Of a DNA stretch of 45,302 bases, positions 36,549 through 45,302 are shown one piece after another. The stretch comes from Candidatus Zixiibacteriota bacterium (GTDB lineage Bacteria > Zixibacteria > MSB-5A5 > CAIYYT01): assembly GCA_040235515.1 (NCBI GenBank), contig JBECKX010000203.1, positions 1 through 45,302 on the forward strand, given 5' to 3'. The position numbers were made by a program, and so were the translations under genes. A model generated the notes under the pieces. The model saw only the letters and a list, made by a program, of their open reading frames with translations, made no database searches and was not told the origin of the DNA. Position 1 is the first letter of the stretch, and each line of letters begins with the position of its first letter.

Positions 36549-39500
36549 ATGAATCGAACTATCAAACTCCGCATAATCGCCAGCCGCGCAGTATTCGCAC
36601 TATCACTGGTTTGTTTGACAACGAGCCTGTGGGCGGCGAACGATTACCACCCCACCAGACTGATCGTTAAGTTTCGCGATTTTCCAGCTGCGAGCACGCT
36701 TGCAGGAACACTCGCCAGCGCAGGGGCCAGCGGCTATGAACCGGTCGTGCCGGCAACGGCGCGGGTGACGAAGTCACGCTCGGAGTTGGAGAAGAGTTTC
36801 GTGTTTACGTTCGAAGATTCACTGGCGCGGAGGGCGGCGCAGGCGGAGCTTGAGACTGATAATGCGGTGCTGAGCGTGGAGCTGGACTACAAGATGCAGC
36901 TATTTCACGATCCGTTGTATCAGTATCAGTGGGGACTTGAGAACAACGGGCAGTCGTACCCCGGTATCATTCGCGTCGACGGACCCGGCAATGACACTCT
37001 TAAGTTCACCAACGGAATTGCCGGAGAAGATATCAGGCGCGCCGCGGTGGCGGAGTTGCCGACTGACCGCGACAGGGTGCTGGTTGCTATCATCGATACC
37101 GGCGTCGACTACGAACACGTCGATCTGGCGGCGAACGTGTGGCGAAATCCGCTTGAAGCCTCGGGGCTGCCGGGTGTGGATGATGACCTGGATGGGCTGA
37201 TCGATGATGTCTATGGCTACGACTTCTCGGGCGATTCGACCGATGTTGTCAATGTGATCCCCGACCCGCTCCCGAAGGACCTGATCGGGCATGGCACTCA
37301 CGTAGCCGGAATCGTCGGGGCGGTTACGGGGAATGGGATCGGGGTCGAAGGGGTGGCGTCCTCTGTCGAGATCATGTGTTTAAAGATCTTTCCGAATGCA
37401 TTCACATCCGTCTCCACCAAAGCGATCATTTATGCAGTAGATCATGGCGCGAAGGTGATCAATGCCTCGTGGGGATCGCCGTACTTCAGCACGATCCTGA
37501 ATGATGCGGTCAAGTATGCCCGCAGCAACGGCTGTCTGTTCGTGGCGGCTTCCGGGAACTCAGGAGACTCATCGCCATTCTATCCTGCCGTGTTGCCGGA
37601 TGCGATTACCGTGGGCGCCTGCAATTCATCCGGCATGGCGACCGACTTTTCGACTTACGGGAGTTGGGTGGACCTGTCGGCGCCGGGGCGTGATATTCTT
37701 TCGCTGCGGGCGAGGGGCACCGACCTGTATGCGGATGCCGGCGAACCGCGGATCAGGATCATCAACAGCAATTACATCCTGGCGGATGGCACATCGATGG
37801 CTGCGCCCCACGTTGCGGGAGCTGCGGCTTTCCTGCTCTCATACTCGCCCGGATTGAGGGTCGACAGTCTGCGCAACCTGTTGATGGCGACGGCTGATCA
37901 GATAGCAGACCCGCAAGGGAGGGAGCAGGGGGAATACAGCATTTACACCGGCTATGGCCGGATTAACCTCGAACGAGCTACCGGGGTGCTTTCGGGCAGT
38001 TATGCCGAGATCAGTTCACCTATCCCTAACTCTGTTCAGAAGGGGATGGTTAAGATAGCTGGCTCCGCATACTCAGCCGATGGTGAAGAGTATCTGCTTG
38101 AGGCAAAGCCGGCATCAGAGGGTGTCTGGATCGAGATCGCGCGCGGAAATGCGGCGGTGATCACGGAACAACTTGCCGAGTGGGATTCTTCTCCCTATGA
38201 TGGTCCGACACCGTTGCGCCTCAGGGTCGGGGAGGGAATTGCCTTCACTACGACGATCCGACTTCTCAACAACACACGCTTTGCGATCGAGAGTCCGACC
38301 GAGAGCGATACGATTCGTTCCTCGGTTGAGATTCGGGGTACGGCGACTGCACCAGACTTTCAAGCTTACGATCTTTACTTCTATCCCGACACGGAGCCGA
38401 AACAACCGGTTTTCATTGAGCATGGCACCGTTCCGGTCTTTTCAGAGTTGATCGAGGATTGGAGCGTTGGTCCGGTACGCAGCGGAAGTGGTACACTCGA
38501 ACTGCGGCTGATCGCCGGCGGCGTGGTGCATGAGGCGTTTCAGCCTGTTGTGATCAAGACACTGCTCAACGACGACTATCCGGTTGCCCCTGCGACGCGC
38601 CCACACTTCGTATCGAAGTCCGCGGATCTTAATGGCGACGGCAAGCTGGAATTGATTACGGGCGGACAGGCGGGAACGATTATTCTCGACCCGGAGTCGC
38701 TTGAGACCTACACGCTCGACCCGAATGGGACGGTTTATCAGTCGTCGCCCGCGGTCTACGACTTCAACGGGGATGGTAAGGATGAGCTGGCGATTGTCTC
38801 TGACTCAGGATTGACGGTAGTCGATGGAGCGGGCAACAACCTCCCCGGCTGGCCACGCGTGTTTCCGGTGGGTGCGCAGTTTCTCTCATTTCCGACGCCT
38901 CATGTGAGCGATATCGATGGGGATGGCAGCCCTGAGATCGTGGTGCTGAATTCTAACGGCAGTTTTTATTGTTTTCGCGCGGATGGCAGCGCCTACTTCT
39001 ACAGCCACAACGGAAAATTCGCCAGTGTCAACGACACCGAGCTACCACGGCAGTTCAGTGGTGCGGTGCCGGCGTTTGTATTCAGTTACGATTTTGACCG
39101 GGATGGATTCCGCGATATTGGTGGCGCTTATGGTGTTTCGGGCCGGCGTGGTGGAATCTACCTCTTCTCGGGGAAGAACGGACAGCCGCTCTACCCTGAG
39201 ATCGGTGCGCGGGTGATATCGACCGGACCACCATTTGGTGCAGTACTGGCGGACTTTGACTTCGACGGTGAACCGGAGATCGCTTTCGCGCATTACAACG
39301 ATGACTACTCGATCACGGTTCGCATCATCGAGTCGAACGGCACCGACCTGCCGGGCTGGCCGCGGCACTATGACGACAAGTTTCAGTACCTCTCACCCTA
39401 TCCGGCTGCGGGTGACCTGGATGGGGATTCGATTCCGGAGTTGGTTGTTGCATTCAGCGCACCACTAGATGGCGGAGAGATTTATGTGTGGCACGGTGAC

Positions 39501-40235
39501 GGCACTCCCTGGCTGGAGTCGGAGCTTGGCCGCAATGATGGTTTCCTGGTTGCGGTGAATAATGCTTTATCGAATCCCATGATTCTCGACACCGACAATG
39601 ACGGTGAGCCGGAAATCATCTGCCGTGCCGGTGCGACGTTGTTTGCCAACGCGGAAAAGGTTTATTCGTTCGAACTGGATGGCAGAATCACGCGCGGCTG
39701 GCCGCTTTACACCTTTGCGCCTGCCGGCACGGTGCTTTATTCACCCAATACTCCGCTGGCGGGGGACTTCGATCAGGATGGGCTGCTCGAACTTTATATG
39801 GGGGCGTCCGATCTGAAGCTTTACCTCTGGGATTTGCCGACGGTAGCTTCGGAATCGGCAATAGTCTGGAACGGGTTCCTGAATGATTCGCAGAACAGCG
39901 GGATGCTGCCATTTCTTGCCAAGCCGACTGCGCCACCGAGCGAGCCACCTTTGCCGACCAGCTTCAGACTCGCACAAAACTATCCCAACCCATTCAATGC
40001 CACGACCGCGATCGAGTTTGACCTGACTGCGGAAGTCGATACGAAGCTGGAGGTGTTCAACACGCTCGGACAGCGGGTCAGGACGATTGTGAGGGGGCAG
40101 ATGCCTGCCGGCTTTTATCGTTACGAGTGGGATGCCAACGATGACAGGGGAGAAAGGGTTGCGTCCGGCGTCTATTTTTATAGACTCAGCTATGGTGACG
40201 CGCAAGAAACCCGGACGATGGTGTTGCTGAAGTAG
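36549..40235 (+). CDS. Secreted S8 subtilase with Ig-like domains, FG-GAP/VCBS repeats and a C-terminal PNPFN sorting-type domain
   Basis: Catalytic triad IIDTG / HGTHVAG / GTSMAAPHVAG, repeated D(L/F)DGDG..E motifs, FRLAQNYPNPFN...MVLLK tail. ATG 36549 gives a signal peptide. Confidence 0.93.
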   Translation: MNRTIKLRIIASRAVFALSLVCLTTSLWAANDYHPTRLIVKFRDFPAASTLAGTLASAGASGYEPVVPATARVTKSRSELEKSFVFTFEDSLARRAAQAELETDNAVLSVELDYKMQLFHDPLYQYQWGLENNGQSYPGIIRVDGPGNDTLKFTNGIAGEDIRRAAVAELPTDRDRVLVAIIDTGVDYEHVDLAANVWRNPLEASGLPGVDDDLDGLIDDVYGYDFSGDSTDVVNVIPDPLPKDLIGHGTHVAGIVGAVTGNGIGVEGVASSVEIMCLKIFPNAFTSVSTKAIIYAVDHGAKVINASWGSPYFSTILNDAVKYARSNGCLFVAASGNSGDSSPFYPAVLPDAITVGACNSSGMATDFSTYGSWVDLSAPGRDILSLRARGTDLYADAGEPRIRIINSNYILADGTSMAAPHVAGAAAFLLSYSPGLRVDSLRNLLMATADQIADPQGREQGEYSIYTGYGRINLERATGVLSGSYAEISSPIPNSVQKGMVKIAGSAYSADGEEYLLEAKPASEGVWIEIARGNAAVITEQLAEWDSSPYDGPTPLRLRVGEGIAFTTTIRLLNNTRFAIESPTESDTIRSSVEIRGTATAPDFQAYDLYFYPDTEPKQPVFIEHGTVPVFSELIEDWSVGPVRSGSGTLELRLIAGGVVHEAFQPVVIKTLLNDDYPVAPATRPHFVSKSADLNGDGKLELITGGQAGTIILDPESLETYTLDPNGTVYQSSPAVYDFNGDGKDELAIVSDSGLTVVDGAGNNLPGWPRVFPVGAQFLSFPTPHVSDIDGDGSPEIVVLNSNGSFYCFRADGSAYFYSHNGKFASVNDTELPRQFSGAVPAFVFSYDFDRDGFRDIGGAYGVSGRRGGIYLFSGKNGQPLYPEIGARVISTGPPFGAVLADFDFDGEPEIAFAHYNDDYSITVRIIESNGTDLPGWPRHYDDKFQYLSPYPAAGDLDGDSIPELVVAFSAPLDGGEIYVWHGDGTPWLESELGRNDGFLVAVNNALSNPMILDTDNDGEPEIICRAGATLFANAEKVYSFELDGRITRGWPLYTFAPAGTVLYSPNTPLAGDFDQDGLLELYMGASDLKLYLWDLPTVASESAIVWNGFLNDSQNSGMLPFLAKPTAPPSEPPLPTSFRLAQNYPNPFNATTAIEFDLTAEVDTKLEVFNTLGQRVRTIVRGQMPAGFYRYEWDANDDRGERVASGVYFYRLSYGDAQETRTMVLLK

Positions 40236-40252
40236 AGCGCCGAGTAGATGAG

Positions 40253-42430
40253 ATGAAGCGATACACGCAGTACAGAATCACCTGCCTCCTTGCAGCTTTG
40301 TTGTTGCTGGTGAGCGGGGGAGTCGCACAGGCACAGTTGACCGCTGACTATTTTCACCTGGTGGCGGAGCGGTCGATCGGAGCTGTGGTGGATATTGCGA
40401 TGGACGATCAAGCGCTGTACCTGCTTGCCCCCAACGAAATCAGAAAAGTAAACCTGGGAGATCCGGGCGCTTCGCTGGTGCCAACTCGACTGCGAGCGAC
40501 CGGAATGGCGTTCGAGCAGATGATCATCGCTGGGGATGACTTATGGCTCTGGTCTCAAGCTGGCAGGCTGGGTAGGGCGGCATTGGCGGGGCCGGCGGCG
40601 GAAGTGCTCCAATCGTGGCAACTGGAGGATTCGGTTTACGCGGTCATTCCGGTTGGCGGATTTGTGGCTGTGGCTTCAGGTTTCAACGGTGTACAGCTGT
40701 ACCTTCTGGCCGGGGACGAGTTGAAGCCAATGCAGAGTCTGACGAACGGGGTGCATTACTCCGGGCTGGCAGCGAGTGGTCAATTGCTGGCAGCGATCGA
40801 TGACTATAACGGGGTGGAGTTATATCATTTTGCGGATGACTCACTGGAGTTGATCTCGGAGTTTCTTTCGCTGGATCCGCTGTTGGAGGTGGCGATTGCA
40901 GAAGTCCCGTCGGGTGCACGATTGGTTGCGACGAACGGACTGAATGATCTCATGGTTTGGGATGTCAGCTCCTCCGGGGTGTCGATCACGAGCAAAGTGA
41001 TAGAAACGGATTTCGTCGTCACGGCGCTTACCGCAGCAGGGAGTCAAATCTTGATTTCGGGCAGGGGAGGGGAACTGATGATCTTGCCTGAAGGGGGAGA
41101 CGCGCCGGTTACGGTGGAAACTCCGGGTGTGGGTGCGAGACGAATGGTTTCCAGCGGAGGTACCGGGGAGTTCAGCGTAGGGCTGCTTGATCCCTACGCG
41201 AATGTTACGGTCTGCGATGTAGCCGGATCACAACTCAGCCGGGCTCGCTGGATTGTTACGCCGCAAGCGCCGAGTTCGGTAGCGCTGACTGGGGATGGCG
41301 CGCTTGTGGGCACGGTCAGCGGTATCGCTCAGCTCTATCAGACGGGAAGTGACTTGATTCAGTTTCCGCTCTGGGAGAATGGTGGCGGATTTGACAAGCT
41401 TGCAGAACTTGATTCGTTGTTGTTTGGCATCTCAAAATCGCAACAAAGGTTGGAGGCGTTTGCTGCGCGTAGCGGCAAGCTGCGGCGGGTGGCATCCCTG
41501 GAATTGTTGCAACCACCGATAGATATTATTCCGTTGGGGCAACAATCCGGTCGCGTGGCGCTTGCAGTGGTTTTGACCGGTCAGGTACAGGTAGTCGAGT
41601 TCGATCAACTCGATGGCTCATTTGCCTCGATCTGGAATGTGAACCCGCAGTTCAAGATTGCCGTAGCCGCCGTAGGGGAGTCTTCGCTGGTCATCCTCTC
41701 ACAGGAGGGTGAGGTCTACCGGGTGAGTTTCTCAATCAGTTCCGGCCCGCTCGGGATGCCGATTCTCGGAGTACTGGATAGATATCCCACTGCGGCTGCA
41801 GTTGCGGATGACTTCGTTGCGATCGGGTATGCCGACAAATTGATGATCTACCGGGTAGATAGCGAACAGCAGCAATTTGAGTATCTGCTGAGTCCGCTTG
41901 CGATTACAAACGTGATAAGGCTGCAATTCGATCCGCAGAGTGAGGTTCTGGTGATCGGGGGACGGCATGGAGTGCAGTTCGCTGATTTCTCTCATCCAGC
42001 GGAGTTGGGAGTAGTGTACAGTGTGCCGGGCAGTGATGCTGTGCTCGACCTGGCCTACCGGGATGGACGACTGTGTGTCGTTTCGCGCGCTGCGCTGCAA
42101 CTGTTCGAGGCGAGCGGAGTAGCACCGGAGCGCAGACTGCCTGATGAGCAGATCGCTGCTGAAGAGTTTGCTCCGAACCCGTTTAACAACGCCTCCGAGG
42201 TAACGATTTCGCTGTCGCAGGAGTTGATCGGCAAACCAATTACTTATGAGATTGTAAACATATTAGGGGAGCGGGTGGTGGAGTTGCGGGAAACCGTGAC
42301 GCGCCCGCAGGAGACGTTCCGGTGGGAGGGGAGGTCGGAGCGCGGGACGACGGTAGCTTCCGGGGTATATTTCTTCCGAGCCTCCGTTGCCGGCAACGTA
42401 TTAGTACGGAAGCTCGTTTATCTCAAGTGA
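40253..42430 (+). CDS. Secreted beta-propeller-like (LVIVD-type) protein with C-terminal PNPFN domain
   Basis: Signal peptide, repeated VA.G..GV.LY strands, APNPFNN...SGVYFFR...KLVYLK tail. Confidence 0.8.
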   Translation: MKRYTQYRITCLLAALLLLVSGGVAQAQLTADYFHLVAERSIGAVVDIAMDDQALYLLAPNEIRKVNLGDPGASLVPTRLRATGMAFEQMIIAGDDLWLWSQAGRLGRAALAGPAAEVLQSWQLEDSVYAVIPVGGFVAVASGFNGVQLYLLAGDELKPMQSLTNGVHYSGLAASGQLLAAIDDYNGVELYHFADDSLELISEFLSLDPLLEVAIAEVPSGARLVATNGLNDLMVWDVSSSGVSITSKVIETDFVVTALTAAGSQILISGRGGELMILPEGGDAPVTVETPGVGARRMVSSGGTGEFSVGLLDPYANVTVCDVAGSQLSRARWIVTPQAPSSVALTGDGALVGTVSGIAQLYQTGSDLIQFPLWENGGGFDKLAELDSLLFGISKSQQRLEAFAARSGKLRRVASLELLQPPIDIIPLGQQSGRVALAVVLTGQVQVVEFDQLDGSFASIWNVNPQFKIAVAAVGESSLVILSQEGEVYRVSFSISSGPLGMPILGVLDRYPTAAAVADDFVAIGYADKLMIYRVDSEQQQFEYLLSPLAITNVIRLQFDPQSEVLVIGGRHGVQFADFSHPAELGVVYSVPGSDAVLDLAYRDGRLCVVSRAALQLFEASGVAPERRLPDEQIAAEEFAPNPFNNASEVTISLSQELIGKPITYEIVNILGERVVELRETVTRPQETFRWEGRSERGTTVASGVYFFRASVAGNVLVRKLVYLK

Positions 42431-42442
42431 GACAATAGATTA

Positions 42443-42475
42443 AATGCTTGACTCAAGCATTGAGCTTGCTATTAT
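42443..42475 (+). promoter_or_regulatory. Sigma70 promoter overlapped by a perfect 19-bp palindrome (candidate operator)
   Basis: AATGCTTGA-C-TCAAGCATT covers the -35 element TTGACT; N16 spacer; TGc-TATTAT. Confidence 0.6.
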
Positions 42476-42530
42476 TTTCAAAATCTCCTTTCGATGTCTC
42501 CAGCGGAGTGGAGGGACAGGGGTAACTACA

Positions 42531-43283
42531 ATGACATATATCGCTAATAGACGATTCGGCGCGATCCGGCATATTCTCATATTGCCGACGCTGGCTATCT
42601 TGTTGTTGAGCAGCGGATTTGCGTTCGGTAAGGATGACAACAAGACCGGTTACGAGAAGGATGATGTCTTCTACGACAATCGCTACGGCTATTCGTTCGA
42701 ATTGCCGGAGGATTGGAAGGTCGGCAAGACTTATGATGAGAAGGATGGGCGTTCGATCGATCGTGTGATCGTCTTCCGCAAGAAGTTCCGCATCCCGGTC
42801 AAGCTGCAGGAGTATCGCGAACTGGTGCAGCGTCCGACCGCGCTGATTCTGATCGATTCCACTGAAATGACTCCGGCGCAGTTGTTCCAGCGCATCACCG
42901 GGTCGCACGAGTTAGACAAGTTCGGCGAAGCGATTATTTCTCGTTCGATCTTGTTGCAGCGAGGCGTACAGACGCCCGCGCAGGTGACAGAATCGGTGCC
43001 GGTCACGATCGCGGGGAGAGAGGGTGTCCGCTGGCAGGTGAGGCTGGAGTACGCGCACCAGCTGCAGACACAGTTCGGTCCACAACTGGTACGGGACTGG
43101 TGGGTCGGCAACGTCTACATCCTTCAACTCGACGGCAAATTGATGTACCTCGAGCAGGTGTGTGAGAATCAGTCGTTCGACTCGTTGATGGAGGAGTTCG
43201 GCGTGATAACATCCACGCTAAAATTCGCATCCGACAGTTCCGCTGATTCGACCAAGGCTGGTGCTGAGGAGAAGAGTGAATAG
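42531..43283 (+). CDS. Exported hypothetical protein (PsbP/DcrB-like pattern)
   Basis: Signal peptide ending AFG; YGYSFELPEDWK, VTIAGREG and F..I.STLKF motifs. Confidence 0.7.
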   Translation: MTYIANRRFGAIRHILILPTLAILLLSSGFAFGKDDNKTGYEKDDVFYDNRYGYSFELPEDWKVGKTYDEKDGRSIDRVIVFRKKFRIPVKLQEYRELVQRPTALILIDSTEMTPAQLFQRITGSHELDKFGEAIISRSILLQRGVQTPAQVTESVPVTIAGREGVRWQVRLEYAHQLQTQFGPQLVRDWWVGNVYILQLDGKLMYLEQVCENQSFDSLMEEFGVITSTLKFASDSSADSTKAGAEEKSE

Positions 43284-43351
43284 GGTGCGAGGCAAGCATA
43301 CTACTTTACCGGGATACATGGGGACTCTAACCCATAAAGGAGCATTAGTCT

Positions 43352-43654
43352 ATGTGGGCGGTTAGGATGTTTCTGATCATCGTGTTCCTGATCGTTGCGA
43401 TCGGGTTCTTTGTCTACAACTCGAATGAGGTTGTGGATATCTTCATCCTGCACACACATTACCTCGATGTTCCTTTGATGGTGGTGTTGCTGATTGCTTT
43501 CGGTGCCGGCATGCTGGCGAGTTTCTTAATCGCCGTCACTTACTTTTTCAGGATCTCCTCGGAGGCATCGCAGGCCAAGCGGCAGGTAAAGAAATTAGAG
43601 GCGGAAATCACGGCGTTGCGCAATCGCCAGATTGATCAGATAGACTCGGTATGA
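43352..43654 (+). CDS. LapA-family (DUF1049) membrane protein
   Basis: Two TM segments, N..V...F and PL.VVLL.AF.AG motifs, C-terminal coiled coil, AAGGAG SD; lies upstream of a LapB-like gene. Confidence 0.85.
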   Translation: MWAVRMFLIIVFLIVAIGFFVYNSNEVVDIFILHTHYLDVPLMVVLLIAFGAGMLASFLIAVTYFFRISSEASQAKRQVKKLEAEITALRNRQIDQIDSV

Positions 43655-43730
43655 GTAACGATGCCGCCGCGGTCCTGTTGACAGGGTGGTTATGCGGGCG
43701 GCCTCACGGAAGGAAATGGAATAGCACAAG

Positions 43731-44801
43731 ATGTTTGATTTGAGCATGTGGTATTACATAGTCGGGCTGGCAATTATTCTTCTCTTCGCCGGATTGCTGT
43801 TGCTGCAGATGAAGCGAAGGAAGCGTCGCGAGGCTCGTGATGGTGGACTTTATATCTCGGCGCTGCAAGCGATCCTTGCGGGCAACCAGGTCGACGCCTT
43901 CTACAAGTTGAAAGAGGTCGTATCGCAGGACTCTTCGAACATCGATGCCTACCTGCGGCTGGGAAAGATTCTGGGTGATCGCGGCAAAGTGAAGCAAGCG
44001 ATTCAGATTCACTCCGACCTGTTGTTGCGAGCCGACTTGACCCCGGCTCAGAAGGCGGAGATACATCATTTCCTGATCGAGGATTATGTGCGCGACGGCC
44101 AGATCGAGCAGGCGATCGCGTTGCTGCGGAAAGAATTCGACAATGACGCATCCCGCGCCGACACCGGCTCGCGGCTGGTAGACCTCTTGATGGAGGCGGG
44201 ACACCTCGAGGAGGCGGAAGCGATCGCGGAGAAGTTGCACAAGCGCAACGCGGAGCGGTTCGCATCCAAGCTTGCAGCCGTCAAGATTCTGCGGGCTGAC
44301 CGCTTGCATCAGGAAGGTAAGGGGAAGAAGGCTCGTATCCTTTACAAGGCGGCGCATCAACTCGACGGCAGCAAGAACGATGTCTGGGTCAAGATCGGTG
44401 ATACCTATGTCGACGAGGACCGCACCGAGGACGCAGTGAAGGCGTGGATAACGCTGACGGAACTGAGCCCTCAGGATGCGCACCTGGTGTTTGACCGGCT
44501 GCGTCGGTCGCTCTTTGATCTCGGGCAGTTCAATACGATCAACAGCGTGTTCGAGGAGATCCTCGAGCGCGATCAGAATAACGTATCCGCACTTCTCGCA
44601 CTCGGCGAACTATACCACAAGAAAGGCGACCACCAGCAGGCGTTGGAGTATTACCGGCAGGCCCTGACTCTGACACCTGATTTAGTCGCCGCGAATCTCG
44701 GTATCGCGCGCATCTACCGCGATCAGGGCAGAATCGATGACGCATTTGACATTTTGGAAAAGCAATTCTTCCAGTCGGAGGCAATGCGGCAGCGGTCGTA
44801 G
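43731..44801 (+). CDS. LapB-like membrane-anchored TPR protein lacking the rubredoxin domain
   Basis: N-terminal TM, AYLRLG.I...G...AIQIH..L..R.DL motif as in LapB, TPR array, no CxxC. Confidence 0.8.
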   Translation: MFDLSMWYYIVGLAIILLFAGLLLLQMKRRKRREARDGGLYISALQAILAGNQVDAFYKLKEVVSQDSSNIDAYLRLGKILGDRGKVKQAIQIHSDLLLRADLTPAQKAEIHHFLIEDYVRDGQIEQAIALLRKEFDNDASRADTGSRLVDLLMEAGHLEEAEAIAEKLHKRNAERFASKLAAVKILRADRLHQEGKGKKARILYKAAHQLDGSKNDVWVKIGDTYVDEDRTEDAVKAWITLTELSPQDAHLVFDRLRRSLFDLGQFNTINSVFEEILERDQNNVSALLALGELYHKKGDHQQALEYYRQALTLTPDLVAANLGIARIYRDQGRIDDAFDILEKQFFQSEAMRQRS

Positions 44802-44999
44802 GGTTGGTTGCATCGCACTCACTCGTTTGTTACCGCTGGCTGAAACTGCATCAATGCCCCAAGTAGCCCCTTTGCATTCAATGATAGTTCCTGTAGTCGT
44901 TTCATGCGGCAATCTCGTGTCGAGTGGTGAGATACGCCGGCCAGGCGCAACGGCCGGAACGCCAGCGCCTGAAACCGCCGACCGGGCCAATTGAGTCAG

Positions 45000-45302
45000 A
45001 TGACGACGAAACAAACTCCGTTGATGGAGCAGTATTTCTCCATCAAGAAGCAGCACCCCGACAAGATCCTATTCTTCAGGGTGGGCGATTTCTATGAGAT
45101 GTTCGGCCGAGATGCCGAGGTTGCGGCGCCGATTCTGGGAATCGCGCTGACGAGCCGGGCGCATGGCAAATCGACGAAGCTACCGCTGGCTGGTGTGCCG
45201 TACCATTCGGCCGAGAAGTACCTGACACAGTTGTTGCGCGCCGGTCTGAAAGTTGCCATTTGCGAGCAGACTGAGGACCCGAAGAAGGCCAAGGGGTTGG
45301 TG
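45000..45302 (+). CDS. mutS: DNA mismatch repair protein MutS (N-terminal part; runs off the window)
   Basis: Read directly from the [38 protein letters not shown]...AGVPYH...KVAICEQ. Confidence 0.97.
   Translation, partial: MTTKQTPLMEQYFSIKKQHPDKILFFRVGDFYEMFGRDAEVAAPILGIALTSRAHGKSTKLPLAGVPYHSAEKYLTQLLRAGLKVAICEQTEDPKKAKGLV

Noticed and set aside
44798..44866. Frameshifted rubredoxin remnant of LapB (other frame reads LVCYRWLKLHQCPK*)
   Set aside because: Only two Cys, no CxxC pairs and wrong spacing; too weak to call.

Overview
This is a GC-rich bacterial chromosomal segment with almost all genes on the + strand. The housekeeping backbone runs: SLT transglycosylase, bamD, nadD, polA, TPR protein, coaE; then hrcA-grpE-dnaK-dnaJ-prmA-rsmE behind a clear CIRCE operator; prepilin peptidase and an orphan PAS histidine kinase; xseA-xseB-ispA-dxs-nadK; lapA/lapB-like; and the start of mutS. 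Large secreted proteins end in either a dockerin-like duplicated motif or a 'QNYPNPFN...LLK' C-terminal domain, which suggests an FCB-group lineage such as Zixibacteria (inference only). An accessory stretch at about 7.5-18.2 kb carries the most striking item: a translationally coupled, apparently intact gatE-gatD pair. GatDE is the Glu-tRNA(Gln) amidotransferase classically considered archaeal. The intergenic DNA holds several unannotated signals: a candidate ~75-nt sigma54-driven small RNA with an IHF-like site and its own terminator (minus strand, ~30.44-30.57 kb), a second structured RNA candidate (~9.54-9.68 kb), competing hairpins, a 13-bp tandem repeat, sigma28-like motifs before two consecutive genes, GTAG-type REP-like palindromes and candidate operators. 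No rRNA, tRNA, CRISPR array or transposase was seen. All calls come from reading the sequence by eye; no searches were run.
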